A stretch of 63,223 nt of DNA, counting the filler, from Olpidium bornovanus S191 (taxonomy: Eukaryota > Fungi > Olpidiomycota), in NCBI GenBank assembly GCA_017911155.1. It is 28 parts of 28 records of this genome, joined end to end, with 100 filler letters (N's around TTAATTAATTAA, not from the genome) between each part and the next. Parts side by side here need not be neighbours in the genome. Positions count along the whole stretch, not along the records: positions 1 to 2,733 come from JAEFCI010011969.1; positions 2,834 to 5,740 come from JAEFCI010003104.1; positions 5,841 to 7,385 come from JAEFCI010002071.1; positions 7,486 to 8,654 come from JAEFCI010005716.1; positions 8,755 to 10,757 come from JAEFCI010000617.1; positions 10,858 to 12,410 come from JAEFCI010001929.1; 22 more parts are not named here. One strand, written 5' to 3'. Below the pieces are notes generated by a model. That model did no database searches. It saw only the letters and a list, made by a program, of their open reading frames with translations, and was not told the origin of the DNA. The translations under genes were made by a program, and so were the position numbers. Positions within the stretch are counted from its first letter, which is position 1, and every line of letters begins with the position of its first letter. This document shows positions 1 to 12,510 of this stretch, one piece after another.

Positions 1-700
1 AAAAAAAACAAAAAAAAAACAAAAAAAAAAAAAACAAAAAACCGCGCCCGCACGCGCGCCCGCTTTCCACGCCGCCGCGCCCCCGTCTTCCTCCTTCCTC
101 CGCGACATCCCCCTTCCGCCCGCACCCTCGCGCGCCCCCGCCGGCCTTTCCACCCTTCCCCCCTCCTAAATTCCCCTTCTCCATTTCGGGGACGGAAAAG
201 ATTGGAGCGGGGACGGGGAAGGAAGGGGGGGGGGGAGGGAGTTTAGATGCGGAAAACATCTCCTCCCTTCTGCCTCCCCCCTTGGCCTTCCTCCTCTCTC
301 GGCCTCCCCCCCCCCCCTTTCCCGGCGAGAGATCCGCGGTAGCGGAAGAAGGGGGGGGGGCCGTGTGTTGATCTCTCTTTCTCGTTCGTTAACTATTTGC
401 TATTCTATCTTTTCTCCGTTGACTCCCACTCCGCTCGCTCGCGGAAGGGGTCGTCGTTGTTTTCCTGCTGCTCTCTCCCTTCTGCCTCCCCCGTTCCCCG
501 AGCCCCTCCTTCCTTCGGCCCGCGCGCGCTCCTGCTCTCCCTGCCCTGCCGGCCACTGCGAAATAAACCGGTGCTCGGCCGGGGAACCCCGCTTCCCCTA
601 TACCTTCCCCCCCCCCCTCCCCGCCCTCTCACCTCCAATACCCCTCTCCCCTCCTCAACCTCTCGCCCTCCCGTCGTGACCGACCCTTGCTCACCCAAGC

Positions 701-2618
701 ATGCCGCTGGCGGACCTCATCAGGAACTCCGCCGCCGTGTTGTCGCTCCGCTACCTGCTTGGCATTGCCTGTATTCTTCTCGTCGTGGTTCTATGGGTCG
801 GCGCAGGGTTCCTCACCGCTCACGTGTACGAAGCCTACTCGCCGAAGCCCGTGAGTAGTGGGGGAGAAAAAAAAAAGCAAAGAGGTTGGAGAGGAGCTCC
901 GCGGATGCGCCGTTTCGCCCTCTCTTCCCCCACCCGCCCTTCGGTTTCCCGCGGGTTTCCCTGCCTATTGTGTTCTCTCTCTCTCCCTTCTCTCTCTTTC
1001 TCGGCTGAACCGCTTTTTGCCACGCGCACTGAATTTTCTTTTGCTTTTCAGTTCTTCGTCACGTATTACAACACCGCCGCGTTCTCGCTAAACTTCTTGG
1101 TGCTCGCCATAAAGGCTCTCTTGGAGCCGGTGCTCACCCGGCTCAGGCCGACGAGTACCGAGTTTGCGCCTCGCGGCGAAGCGTGAGTGTGTGTGTGTGC
1201 GTGTGTGGGCGTGCGCGCCCTTGGGTGCCGCGCGCCGGGGTGTATGTGCTGCCCGGGCCGCAAACATAACATTTCGCTGCCCCCCGGGTTGTTGAAATGG
1301 CATGTTTTGCTCGCGGTGTAGCGAGGTTCCCGGGCAGGAGAAGGACGCGGCCGCAGGCCAGACCGACGGCAGAACCGTCCTGCCCTCTGCCGCCGTGCCC
1401 ACAACCGTTGCCGATCCCGAGAATTCCGGGGGGTGCAACGCTTGCCCTTCAAAAAAGCAGGCCGGCAACACACTCAGCGCAGCGGCGGCCGCGCCTCCCC
1501 CCGCGACCTTCAGACAGGTGAGGCGGGACGGGGTTCGGACAAGGCTCGGTGGGACCGTGGCGTGGCGGGCGGCTGGCTGTGCCGTGCCTGAACTTGCTGG
1601 CATCCCGCATGCCAACCCCCCCGCCTCCCGCATTTTCGATATTAGACTCTGGTGCTCGCGTTTCAATTCTGCATCCTATGGTTTGCGGCGAATTGGGCTG
1701 GAAACGCCGCATACAACTATACCACCGTCTCCAATTTCTCCATCCTGAGTTCAACATCCGGTGAGTCAGGTCCGCCGACCTGTGGGGAATTTCGCGTTAG
1801 CATGCTAACCATTCGACTGGCCCGCGCATTGCCCGGGCCCTCGTGATTCCAGGTTTCTTCACCCTTCTTGTGGGAGCGCTTTTCGGGACCGAGAGATTCA
1901 CATGGAAGAAGATTTTCTCGGTGGTGATCTGCCTGGGTGGCGTGGCCCTGGTCATGACATCGAGCGAAAACGGGGACCAGAAATCAGGTATACTGGGCGA
2001 CTGCCTGGCGCTGCTGAGCGCGCTGCTGTACGGATTCTACGCCACTCTAGTCAAGAAACGGATGGGCGTTGGCGAGTCAGTGTCGCCGTCCCTGTTTTTC
2101 GGACTCGTCGGCATCCTCAACATCGTCATGCTCTGGCCCGGTTTTGCGATCCTGCACTTCGCCAAAGTCGAGCACTTCGATTTGCCCGCTTCGAGCAGCT
2201 TCTGGAAGCTCATCACGATCAATGCCGTTCTCGGAACCTTCTTGTCCGATTACGCCTGGCTCTGGGCAGTGCTGCTCACCAGTCCGCTCGTTGTCACTCT
2301 AGGGATCTCGCTCACGGTGGGTCCATGCTGCCCAACCGGGTGACGCGCTCCGCGGGAGCCTTTTCCTCCGTTCTTTTGCTGACCTCTCCCGACGCGATCT
2401 CATCGCAGATCCCGGTGTCGATGGTCGCTGAATCCGCGATTAATAACCGAACTATGAGCGCCTTGTACTTCCTGGGCGCTTTCCTCGTCATAATCGGGTT
2501 CGTGCTGGTCAATCTGGCTGCCTTCTTCGATAACGACAAGGCTGGCCGTGCGAAGAAGGACGAAGCCGCCACCGTACATACAGATCCAGATCCGAAGCCT
2601 GTAGCAGATGTTATATGA
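701..2618 (+). CDS. DMT/EamA-superfamily transporter, SLC35F5/Thi74(YML018C)-like; complete, spliced (6 exons)
   Basis: Exons about 701-850, 1052-1182, 1322-1517, 1646-1760, 1852-2316, 2409-2618 with GT-AG introns. Motifs: LLVVVLWVG, KPFFVTYYNTAAFSL, FCILWFAANWAGNAAYNYTTVSNFSILSSTSGFFTL, GDCLALLSALLYGFY, SDYAWLWAVLLTSPLVVTLGISLTIP. Confidence 0.85.
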
Positions 2619-2733
2619 TGTTACCGTTCGTCCATCCCCCCGATTGCCTGGATCGGTGGCCCAAACCAGCCCGCGGTTGAAAGACTCAAGTCGGAGACGC
2701 TCCGCGCGCTCTCATCGCGATCTGTGCGCATGT

Positions 2734-2833
2734 NNNNNNNNNNNNNNNNNNNNNNNNNNNNNNNNNNNNNNNNNNNNTTAATTAATTAANNNNNNNNNNN
2801 NNNNNNNNNNNNNNNNNNNNNNNNNNNNNNNNN
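2734..2833. other. Artificial contig spacer (44N-TTAATTAATTAA-44N); first of 27 identical spacers
   Basis: The same 100-bp spacer recurs at 2734, 5741, 7386, 8655, 10758, 12411, 14467, 16368, 19235, 22693, 24919, 26491, 27729, 30375, 31843, 34928, 38679, 40069, 41884, 43492, 45345, 46766, 54046, 55390, 57150, 59907 and 61935. TTAATTAATTAA gives stops in all six frames. Confidence 0.99.
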
Positions 2834-5800
2834 TCATGGGTTGCTGCGAGAAGAAGCAGCTAAGCTTGGATAAGGAATTTCCCAACGAGCACCTGTGTGC
2901 CCGAGCCGCGCAAAGTTCGCGTAATAACAGCAACAGCACGCTTCGTCCGGGCACATAAGATCGGCCGCGAGCAGACTTTTCCGCCTGAGCCCGACGACGC
3001 GGGCGTCTTCGCCTTCCGCTCGTTCGCGTTGCTAGTAGCGTACGGCATTGACGGGTTGGGAGCAGGACCGTCATTTGTTGTAATGCAAAAACCCACAGGG
3101 ACGGCGCCACCCCGGCGTCTGGGCCATTGATATCCGGGATTGCGTGGAGAGCGGGGAAGAACGCCGGCAGAACCCGCCGTCGACCCGAAGCGCGCGGACA
3201 TCACGGGCGTGTCACGAGGATGTCAGTCTGCACTTGTCGTAGCCAGGCCGTGGAGTCGGGGAACAATCTCACCGCGTCGTCCTGGACGGCGGCGGCAATT
3301 GCGACGGTTCCACAAGGGACACGCTCGTTTTGCCGCGGCGACCAGCAGGTGCGGCACGGGCGTCGCGGCAAACGCTCCGGGTACTTTAATAACCTGCCGT
3401 CCCGCGAGCGCGCCCTCTTCGCCATCGTTGATTGCTGTATGGCCCAGATCGTTCGACCTGCTGCGAGCCGGCCGCGTTTTTTGCGAAAACGGACGCATTT
3501 CAGCGTGGATATCTCAGACGGACATTTCCGTGCGGGAATGTTAGACGGTCACATCCCCGCACGGAAACGGGGCTCACCAAAAGAACGAGAGACAAGACCC
3601 GCCAAAACGAAAGGCGGAACCTTCTCCGTCGCTTCTTCCAGCTGCCCTCCTCGGAACAACAGCTTTGCGCTGCCCGGCTCGCCTAGTTACGGCGGAGAAC
3701 TTCTGATTTGCCGGCCCACATCTCCGCACGCACAACCACAAATAACTATCCGCCATCAGCGAGAACCTCCAAGGGTCCTGGGGCCAGTTTTCCTCTGACA
3801 GACGGTGATTCCTCAGCGTCGCGGTGCCGCTTGCATCCGTTGGCCACGCCGCGGTGATAATCAGCCTGTACAGGATGCATTAGCCGGGCACTGCCGGCTC
3901 TTTACTTCTCCCACTCGCCAAGAGTCCGAAACCCAACACACGAAGCCCACATCCCAGCCACGATTGGCGTCAAAGGTAAAGTGCCAATGCATCATCGGCA
4001 CCTAAGGTAAGTGCAATGGTGTATTGCCCTGCCTTGTTGACTTTGTCGGGGACTTAACACGTCGGGGAGCACCTGCGGCAGCTTGCGGCGCATTGCGGCG
4101 CATGGGGCTCACGGGTTCAATGGTTTCCCCGCCCTCTTGACCCACGTCGACGTACCGCGAAATGTGGGATTCGCCGGGAGGGATCGCCGTATGGACACAA
4201 TATTTCTATCAAGTAGAGGAGACCGAAACGATATACAACAGACCAAAGAGCCAATGATATGTATGGTGCCAAACAATGAATTCGAGTGCTTTGTAATTGC
4301 ATGCTGGTAATTGGCGTCAGCGGGCTACTCCACAATATTGGGATCTGGTGTTGCTCTGACCTGGCTGACATCTCATTGCCTGTTGTGTGTGTGTCCCACA
4401 GGTCAGGTGAAATGACGTGATTAGAAATTCTACTTGGGGATATGTTGGGGGCGAGAGTGAGTGGGGGTGGGTGGAACCTGGGCGGAGTCCCGGCTCTCCT
4501 GGGCGGAGCAGAATAGAGCCGGGGTCCCACCCGGACCATAGGTCATTTACGGCCCCTGAGGCCAACACAGCGCCGGAGGCCACCGCCCCGGGGCCATCAC
4601 AGCCCCGAGGGACCCACTGGGTCCGCCCTGCTACTGCATGGCGCTAGCTCACTGGCTAATACAATAGCTCGTAAGGGCGTTGGTCTATCTCTATCTATGA
4701 CTCGCCATGGGAGCTCGGTGTCTCGCCAGCGGCCCCCACCAGATACACACTGGCCGAAATGATGCTTGAAACCACTGCAGTTATACTTCATGATGAGTGA
4801 TCCCATACAGGATGCAGCAAGGATACAAGCCACCACGGCATCAAGCATGGCCCATGAGAAGGCCTGGACGCTCACAATTCATAGATCCCCAAATACCAAA
4901 AAGCTAACTCTACCTCAGTCTCCGCTGGTCCGGTAATAATGGACGCATTCCGCGTGGACGGGATCTGTTGATCGGTAGTGCTGCCATGTGTCTTGACGCT
5001 AGCGGTCTGGACGCCCCGCATCCCAAAATACCAAAACTGGTGCCAAAACTGGTCCATTTTCTGCCAAAGCTGGCGTGCCTACCGGCGCCTCCGCCGAAGC
5101 CGGCGCCGTCGCCGGGTTGCTCGACAATGCGCACCCCGGTACGGTTGCCAGAACAGATGTGGGCTCTCCGACTTCCGGCCTGCTCTTCGATGAGCCCTTC
5201 ACTGGTGGGCTGGGCGGCTCCCCTGGGAAAGAACGCTCCCGGGAGGCGCTCACAGGTGAACTCGCGCGTCACCCTCACTCAGCAAACACACCAAAACAAC
5301 CCGCTCCCCGCTCTCGCGAGCGCACACCCGACGCCGTCGAGGCTCACCGAAGTGGAGAATCGGCTCTGTTCTTGACCGCCCTGTACATGTGCTTCCCGCG
5401 CCGTCGCATACGCCCATTGCCCCGTGCCTCACGCCACCGCTACCCTCCGCCGCCGTTGCCGTCAAGAAGGAATAAATGCATGTCGCGCCGGTCGCCCTTG
5501 CTGAGCTTTCTGCGCCCTCCGTTGAGGCCGCCGCGACCCTTTGCATTTGCCGCGCCCGTTGTCGACAGCCTTGCAGACTTGGAGTGCCCTGCTCCCGACA
5601 GCGGCTCGTCTACCACGCTCATGGTTGTCCCCGCCGCCGCCGTCACGGCGCAGAAGACAAGGAGATGCGACGCCGGGTCCTCCGCTGAGCCTGCTGCACC
5701 TACGCCTCCGCCGGCGCCAAAACCGACGGGCCCACCGCCANNNNNNNNNNNNNNNNNNNNNNNNNNNNNNNNNNNNNNNNNNNNTTAATTAATTAANNNN

Positions 5801-6237
5801 NNNNNNNNNNNNNNNNNNNNNNNNNNNNNNNNNNNNNNNNACGCTCTCTCTTCCGCGTGCTCTCGGCTTCTGACCAGGCGCTTCACCAACTCGCTGAAGC
5901 GGTGTGCTCGTTGTTAACCAACCTGTGCGATCAGTACGAGCAGATGGCTGACGACGGGAAGTTTGGTGGCTGCGGCACGTCGTTCCTGGCGGACGAAGAT
6001 ATTTGCCAGAGGGGAGAGGAAAGCGATGCAAACCTTTCCATGGTCGAAGAGCACGCCAAACTGCTGATGGACGTTGCTCACCATTTCAGCTGTATGGTGC
6101 ACAGCTATCCGCAGGCCGCTCGATTCCCGAGAAATACCGGTCTCGAAGGTTTCGAGCGGCAATAGACGGTGGTGCGCAAACAAGAAGTTACACAGAACGC
6201 GGAAGCCCGACACGAGAAAGAGTCCAAACTGTACACC

Positions 6238-6283
6238 AACAAACGCAAAACAAACGCAAAACAAACGCAAAACAAACGCAAAA
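6238..6283 (+). repeat. 11-bp tandem repeat (AACAAACGCAA) x~4
   Basis: Seen directly; lies just downstream of the GTAAGT donor on the minus strand, so probably intronic. Confidence 0.85.
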
Positions 6284-6295
6284 GCAGACGGAAAC

Positions 6296-6543
6296 TTACG
6301 CCTCAGTTTCACGGAGATGCCGCCAAGCTTCGAGGCGGTAAAAAGCGCAGCTGACTTGGCCCGCTGGGCGGAACTCTCCGCGATTTTTTGAGACCGGGCG
6401 GTAATCTCGCCGATAAAGTTCTTCGTCTTCGACGCGGCGTCCCCCGCGGCCTCCCTCGGAGCGGAGGACGATGAGCTCGCTTGACGGAACGCAAACTTCC
6501 GCGTCGCCGACTTCGTGGCCGCAGCGGTTCGCAGGAGCATCAT
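6296..6543 (-). CDS. Possible first exon of a mitochondrially targeted protein
   Basis: MMLLRTAAATKSATRKFAFRQASSSS is Arg/Ser/Ala-rich like a presequence, and the exon ends at a GTAAGT donor near 6299. It loosely resembles the N-terminus of fungal ATP synthase subunit g, but I could not assemble matching downstream exons. Confidence 0.25.
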
Positions 6544-7485
6544 CCTTCTCGACGCGAGGTTGCGCAGAACGCCGGGTGGAGCCCCGGAAGGCGAAGCACA
6601 AAAGACGAGGGTAAAAATCGCAGCTGCAATTCAACCACTACGATTTCGCTCCGATCCAGTTTTTCCCTTTTCCCACGGCGCCGCAAAGTGAGCGCGCGGC
6701 GAGAAGCGGACGCGCGGCAGACACGCTTGTAAGGGCGAGGCCGGGGATGCGGAAGGGAGTTGGGGGGGGGGGGGCTTGACGTCTCACGCCGGGAGATTCG
6801 AGGCGGCCTTTGCAAACAGCCGGGCGGCGCCTCCGGCCGCCGCGCGCCGCGTCGTATCCGGTGATCTGCCCGTTGCCTTTTCCGCTTCGGCGGACGGTCA
6901 CATTCACATCCGGCACGGCAATCGGGCCTGTGTGGCCTGTGACCTGCGCGAGGCCCCCCCCCTTGTCGCAGCCCGCATCCCCCTTTCCCCCCCCCCCTCC
7001 CCGCCTCTTACGTCGGCCGGCAACGGGCAGGTGGCGTGCAGCTAGCTTTCGGGAGCCGCGGGCGCCGCGGGTGCCTGGGGAAGAGAGAGGAGAAGTGACG
7101 GCCTCTTGCCTCTTGTTTCCGTTTCCTGCCGCGACAAGAGCAAACGGCAGGGCGACACGTTCGTGTGCGGCGGCGTGGGGAGAGCGAAGGATGGGAAATG
7201 CGGGGGCGGGGAAGAGGGGGAGGGACGGCGCGCGCCGCTGCGGCCGGAAAAAACGAAACCCACCGGGAAAACAGAAAGTGCAGAGTTGGCGGAGAGAACA
7301 GTCCTCATAGGGGACCTCGACGGCTTCGATGTGCAAACAGCTTCGATGTGCAGACGGCTTCGATTGCAAACAGCGAATCTGCATGNNNNNNNNNNNNNNN
7401 NNNNNNNNNNNNNNNNNNNNNNNNNNNNNTTAATTAATTAANNNNNNNNNNNNNNNNNNNNNNNNNNNNNNNNNNNNNNNNNNNN

Positions 7486-8593
7486 CATGCCCGGGTTCGC
7501 CGCAGTTGTAGCATGTGAGGTTTCTACCTCCCCCTTCGCGGCCGATCCATGCGCGCTGCTGCTGACGGTTTTTCTCCTGATCGACGAGATAGCACAAGGC
7601 CTGGCGCAACTGATCAGTCTCCTGCGCCTGGTGCTGAACGCGCTCGGTCAACTGTTGGATCGGAAGAGTCATGCGAGCGAGAGCTTCCGTAACAGCATCC
7701 AGTGCAGCATCCCCCGGCGCAGCCTTGTCTTTCGTCGAAGGCGCTTTGTCCTTGTCCTTCTCCTTCTGTGCTGGTTCGCGAACGCGGTGTCGGCAGGTTG
7801 TGGATGCAATGGTTTTCTTACGATGTTCGTCGTCTTCCGATTCCGTCGAGTCACGCTGCGAGTTCGTCTCTTCTGCCTCCGAGTCAGTTTCCGAGGAGGT
7901 CAATTCCGAGGAGGTCAATTCCGAGGAAGAGCTCCCATCGGACTCGGCCCTACGGTGGCGGCGGTCCCGTTCCTGCGCTCGACGGGCGCGCCGCATAGTG
8001 TCGATGATGCGCTTTGACACTGCGTACGCGTCGTCCAGAGTCTTCAGTTCGGCGTCCTCAACGCGCACACGGAGCTTCAGCGGCCGGAGTGCTCCGACAA
8101 AGACGTCCTTGGCAAGCGGAACGTCCGGACGTTCCAGGGCCTCGCGAGCACGACGGCGGACGCGATCCTGGAGGCGATGCACGGTGTTGCCGGCTTTCCA
8201 TTCAATGTCGAGCAGACCCCGCAGGGCCGTCGAGTCCTGCTTTTTCTTACCAAAGCGTGCTTCCAAGTATTTCCACGCGAGAGGCAAGGTGGCTACCTTC
8301 CCTTCTTCCTTCAGGTATTTCCATTCCGTGGCCGCGTCCTTTTCGAGTACGCCGCGCAGGATGGCCAAGATCTGTCTTTCCAGACGCAGAGGGCGCTCAT
8401 CTGCCGGCGCAGGCTGTCCTCGCCACAGAGGCTCCCTGTCAGCAATCGCTTGAAGGAGCTCTGGACCGTAATCGGGGGAAGCTTCGAACGCGGCCAGGAA
8501 CTCCTCCTTGAAGTCATGAAAGTTCTCTTTGCGTCGTCCGCTAAATGTAGGCAGGCTCAACGTGTTCCCCGTGAAGACGCGCCGAGGCGGCAT
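7486..8593 (-). mobile_element. LTR-retrotransposon Gag ORF (capsid-like plus CCHC zinc knuckle), truncated by contig end
   Basis: Intronless ~370-codon ORF with LPTFSG..ENF..F and FVGAL..LR..V capsid-like motifs, a Ser/Glu linker (SSELT x2), a coiled coil, and TCYNCGEPGH (CX2CX4H) at the contig edge. Confidence 0.8.
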
Positions 8594-8789
8594 GGTTCGA
8601 GGTCGAGAGTTCGAGTGCGTTCGTGAATGCGCAGGCTCAAACGCAGATGACGCGNNNNNNNNNNNNNNNNNNNNNNNNNNNNNNNNNNNNNNNNNNNNTT
8701 AATTAATTAANNNNNNNNNNNNNNNNNNNNNNNNNNNNNNNNNNNNNNNNNNNNGCGTATAAATTTGCCGCCGACGGTCCACCTTACAG

Positions 8790-10283
8790 AGCTTGCGTGC
8801 ACGTCGCTGCCCTCAGCGCGCGGATATCCCGGGGGACGTAAGCGCAATCTCCCATTTGGCGCTGAACGTCATGCGTGAGGTCATTCGCGAGTTGCCGTAG
8901 AAATGTCTGCAGCGCCGGGCCAAAATCGGCGGTGAACTGGGAAGGAAGAAAAACCGGTCGGGAACGGCTGACGGCGCGGATGTCCTTTGACGAACAGCAG
9001 TCGACAAACTGCCCTGAAACCGTTCCGGCCCTGCGCCCAGGCAAGCGCACTTACCAGCGCGGGCGTGAGGTCAAGGCCTTCGACGGCGTCCAGCGCGGCG
9101 CTGACGTTCGACTGGTACTCAGTTTGGAGGTCCTAACGGGGCCGCCAGGGCCGGGCCGCGACTCGAACTGCGGTCAGCTGTCGGATTTCCCCGCGCAAAG
9201 GGCCACCCAGAGTCGGCGCCGACGGTCAGGTTTGATAACCCACCCGCAATCTCGGCAGCAGCGAACTAGCCGCCGCCGAGGCGTCCTCCACCGCCGCCGC
9301 CTCCGCCTGGTAGTCGTTCAACGAAGCGTTCACCTGGCCGATCTCGTCGGCGAAGGCCGAGAGCATAGGCTCGAACTGCGCGCGGGCCTGGCCCTCGGAG
9401 ATCCTCCCCGTGACGATTTCGAAATCGTCGTCGGCCAGTCCGCCGTCGACCTCGCTCCGCACGGGCCCCGCGAGGCCCGCGACGCTCGCCGTGTCGTTCG
9501 TCGCGTCCGCCGCGGCAAGAGTCCGGTACGCCCGCAGGGCCCGGGTGAGGTTCGCGGAGGCGGCGGCCGAGATGACCGGCCGCGACAGGTTCGCCAGGGC
9601 CTCGCGGGTCCCCGGCAGGTCGGCGCCCGCCAGGACCACCTCCACCCTGCCGGGCGGCAAGCCGGCTTCCGCGGCGGCGTCGGCCGCCTCGGAGATCACC
9701 GCGAACGACTCATCCGAGACGGCGCCCATGTCCGCCAGGACGGCGTAGACGCCGCGGTCTGCGGCCGCCTCGCACGTCTCGGCGGCGCGGGCGAGGCGCT
9801 CGATCAGGTTCGCGACGTCGGGGTGGCCGTTCGCGCGCAGGTCCTGGGCGAAGTCGAGGGAGCGGGCGACGTCGGCCGAGTGGTTGCAGAGGGTGTCGAC
9901 GCCGACGCCCAGGGCGAGGTAGAGCGCCGTCAGGACGAGGGAGATTCCGGCAAAGACCAGAAGGAAGACGGCGGTCCTGAGAGAGGGTTGGGGAGAAAGG
10001 GGGGGGGAAGGTGGAAGGCGCGCGCGCGGGTTGGCGGCGGAGAGGGTAAGCGGGGCGTTCCCGATCGTGAACGATTCACTGGGCCGCGGGGCGGGCGCGG
10101 GGAAGGCAGGCGGGGCACGTGACGGGCGGAGGGTTGATTTTTTTTCAATATATTTCCGCGCTTGGCAACAACGCGTCCTCGTCCCCCTGGCAACCCACGC
10201 GCGTATTCTCCCTCATCTCGCACGTTTTCCCCCCGAGAGAGAAAGAGAGAAAGAGAGCGAGCGCGACGAAGGGCAGAAAGAGA

Positions 10284-10324
<41 letters not shown>

Positions 10325-10327
10325 CAC

Positions 10328-10393
<66 letters not shown>

Positions 10394-10757
10394 TGAGAGA
10401 GAGAGGGAGAGAGAAGAGAGAGAGAAAGAGAGAGAGTGAGAGAGAGAGCAACCGCTTCCCGCTCACCACATCGCAGAGTGTCCTCGCGCCCTGCACGCCG
10501 CGTCCAGGAGAAACGGCAGGAGGACCGCCGTCCCTACCAGGATCAAAATCGTCAGCACCGACCGCGCGAGGTTCCCCCCCCGCACGCTCTGCCTGAGGCC
10601 GTCATCGAAGATCAGCCGCGCCCGGTCCCAGTCGGCCATGAGCTGCTGGAGCTCCGGCGACTGGTCCACCGACTGCAGGATCTGCGTTTCTGCGTCCGCC
10701 ATCGCCTGCGTCGTCGCGTTCGTCACGTCTGCGCTGCGGCGGCCCGGAAATTGCGCC
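8790..10757 (-). CDS. Prominin/Tweety-like multi-pass membrane glycoprotein, internal fragment (at least 4 exons)
   Basis: Exons about 10757-10467, 9976-9244, 9110-9054, 8938-8790. Two TM helices (SVLTILILVGTAVLLPFLL; TAVFLLVFAGISLVLTALYLALGVGV) ending GVGVDTLC, then a ~300-aa helical loop with several N-X-S/T sequons, then QMGDCAYVPRDIRALRAATCTQAL, the Cys pair that precedes prominin TM5. Confidence 0.65.
10255..10448. repeat. (GA)n-rich microsatellite in an intron of the prominin-like gene
   Basis: Seen directly. Similar tracts lie at about 15735-15955, 31992-32215 and 53260-53290. Confidence 0.95.
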
Positions 10758-10857
10758 NNNNNNNNNNNNNNNNNNNNNNNNNNNNNNNNNNNNNNNNNNN
10801 NTTAATTAATTAANNNNNNNNNNNNNNNNNNNNNNNNNNNNNNNNNNNNNNNNNNNN

Positions 10858-11793
10858 CATGATCAACGAGTTCAACGACGAGCGTGAATTCGCTGTATTT
10901 CTAATCTCAGCTAAAGTACTGGGTTGAACCGTCCAAGTTAAACTTCGACGGTGGGGGCGCTCGCGGTTACTGATCTTTTTCTCGGCTGGCGCGCGTTTCG
11001 CTCGTTGCCAGACAGGCGGGGGAGGAGGGAATTTGGCGTCTGCCAATCGGGTGATCCTATTTGATATCGGATGGAACCCGAGTGACGACGAGCAAGCAAT
11101 TGCTAGAGTACGTGCATTTGGCGCTCGAAATTTGCCTGAAAAGACCCTTCAGAATGATGACAGCGCTGCTCTTCATATGCGCCAGGCGTACCGGTACGGT
11201 CAGGAGCGCGAGGTTTCGGTGTACCGACTCCAGACCTTCGATACTTGGGAGCACAAATTGTTTAAGCACAACGTGCACAAAGTCGGCCTCGCGATGTATG
11301 TTTACAGCACTTCACGAGGTGCCGGTGGTGCATTGAGTTTTCGCGTCAAGTCGCCTGACTGCTGTCGCTGGAAAACGTCGTCGTTTACTTCCAGGCGGGT
11401 CGTTGACGGGACCACCGTCGAGCGGCAGATCGCGCGAACAGAGCTAGCCACCTATTTCAGGAGGCCGGCCGAGCACGCGGAATCTCAGGTTCCGGCCGAA
11501 GCCGAGTTTCAAGACGACATCGTGAACACTGTGGTCGGGAGGTGAGCGCGCGAAGGGCGTGAAGAGGGCGCTGTTTTCTACTCTCCTGTTGTCGGCGCCC
11601 TAGCTTATCTGGTGACACCCGTCTGCAGCAACCGCGACGCCCTGGTAAACGTGCTTGCACACGAGGGCCTGCTCAGCCTCGTCGACGAAGAGCTGGACTC
11701 CGAGGAGCGCCGCGAGGCGGAAGAGTTTCTCAAAGCGGAAACCAACCGCATCGCAACATCGCAACTGCGTCCGCAGATCAGGGCGAGTTGTTA
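10858..11793 (+). CDS. SNF2-family helicase C-terminal domain, ATRX/RAD54L2-like, partial and spliced
   Basis: FNDEREFAVFLISAK..GGNLASANRVILFDIGWNPSDDEQAIAR|AYRYGQEREVSVYRL (helicase motifs V-VI), then RRVVD and HEGLL..EEELDSEERREAEE, typical of the ATRX/ARIP4 C-terminus. Confidence 0.8.
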
Positions 11794-12510
11794 GTTTTCC
11801 GCCAACAGGCGCATAAGGGTTTCCAACCACAAACCTGGCGCACCCAAAACCAGCATCGTCGGCACCGTTCCGGACGAAAGTGGTTCCGCTCAAGGGCTCG
11901 ACAACGTTCCGCTTTCAATTGCGTACACCTCTGCCCCCGAATTTCTCTCTAATTTTTTTTTTGTGTGTGTTTTTGGGTCCTACGCGCAAATATATCCCAC
12001 TCCCGTTACCCTCGACAACGCTTCAGGATCAAGCTGTCAAAACAGTTTTTCACGGGACCTTTTGTGTTATTTTACCGATGATCCGGCAGCCGTTAAGAAT
12101 GAATACCGAGTGAGGTTTTTTGAAGAGCTGCGTTACCTGTTGATTGGTGGTGTCCATCACCAGCTGGCGGACGCACTGTCTCGGACCACCAGACTCTGCG
12201 AACTGTCCAAAAATGTCGCGCCAAGCGCCCGAATCATCGAGTGCGAGCGAGAGTGGCAAGCGCACTCCGAGCTCGACGACATTTGCGAACATGTCCGACG
12301 ACACCAGGGTCCTGATCGGGTCCTGCCGCTTTTCCCCCGGCCTTCCTTCCCTCATCCCTCCCAATTTTCTTATATTGCGCTTTCCGCGTCAAGAATTACA
12401 CGCGATGCAGNNNNNNNNNNNNNNNNNNNNNNNNNNNNNNNNNNNNNNNNNNNNTTAATTAATTAANNNNNNNNNNNNNNNNNNNNNNNNNNNNNNNNNN
12501 NNNNNNNNNN

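Noticed and set aside
2834-5740. ORFs of contig 2 (3127-3798, 5075-5740) and a possible TG..CA LTR near 4442-4747
   Set aside because: No recognisable motif, no consistent splice model, and no second LTR, PBS or PPT to support an element.
5857-6165. Plus-strand 102-aa ORF, and a firm ATP20 call for the opposite-strand exon
   Set aside because: No family motif in the plus ORF, and the conserved C-terminal GEIIGR motif of subunit g could not be found.
8875-10122. Long Arg/Gly-rich ORFs such as 8875-10122(+), 49787-51547(-), 50272-51126(+), 52090-53030(+)
   Set aside because: They are antisense or off-frame shadows of GC-rich real exons (prominin-like, LST2-like).
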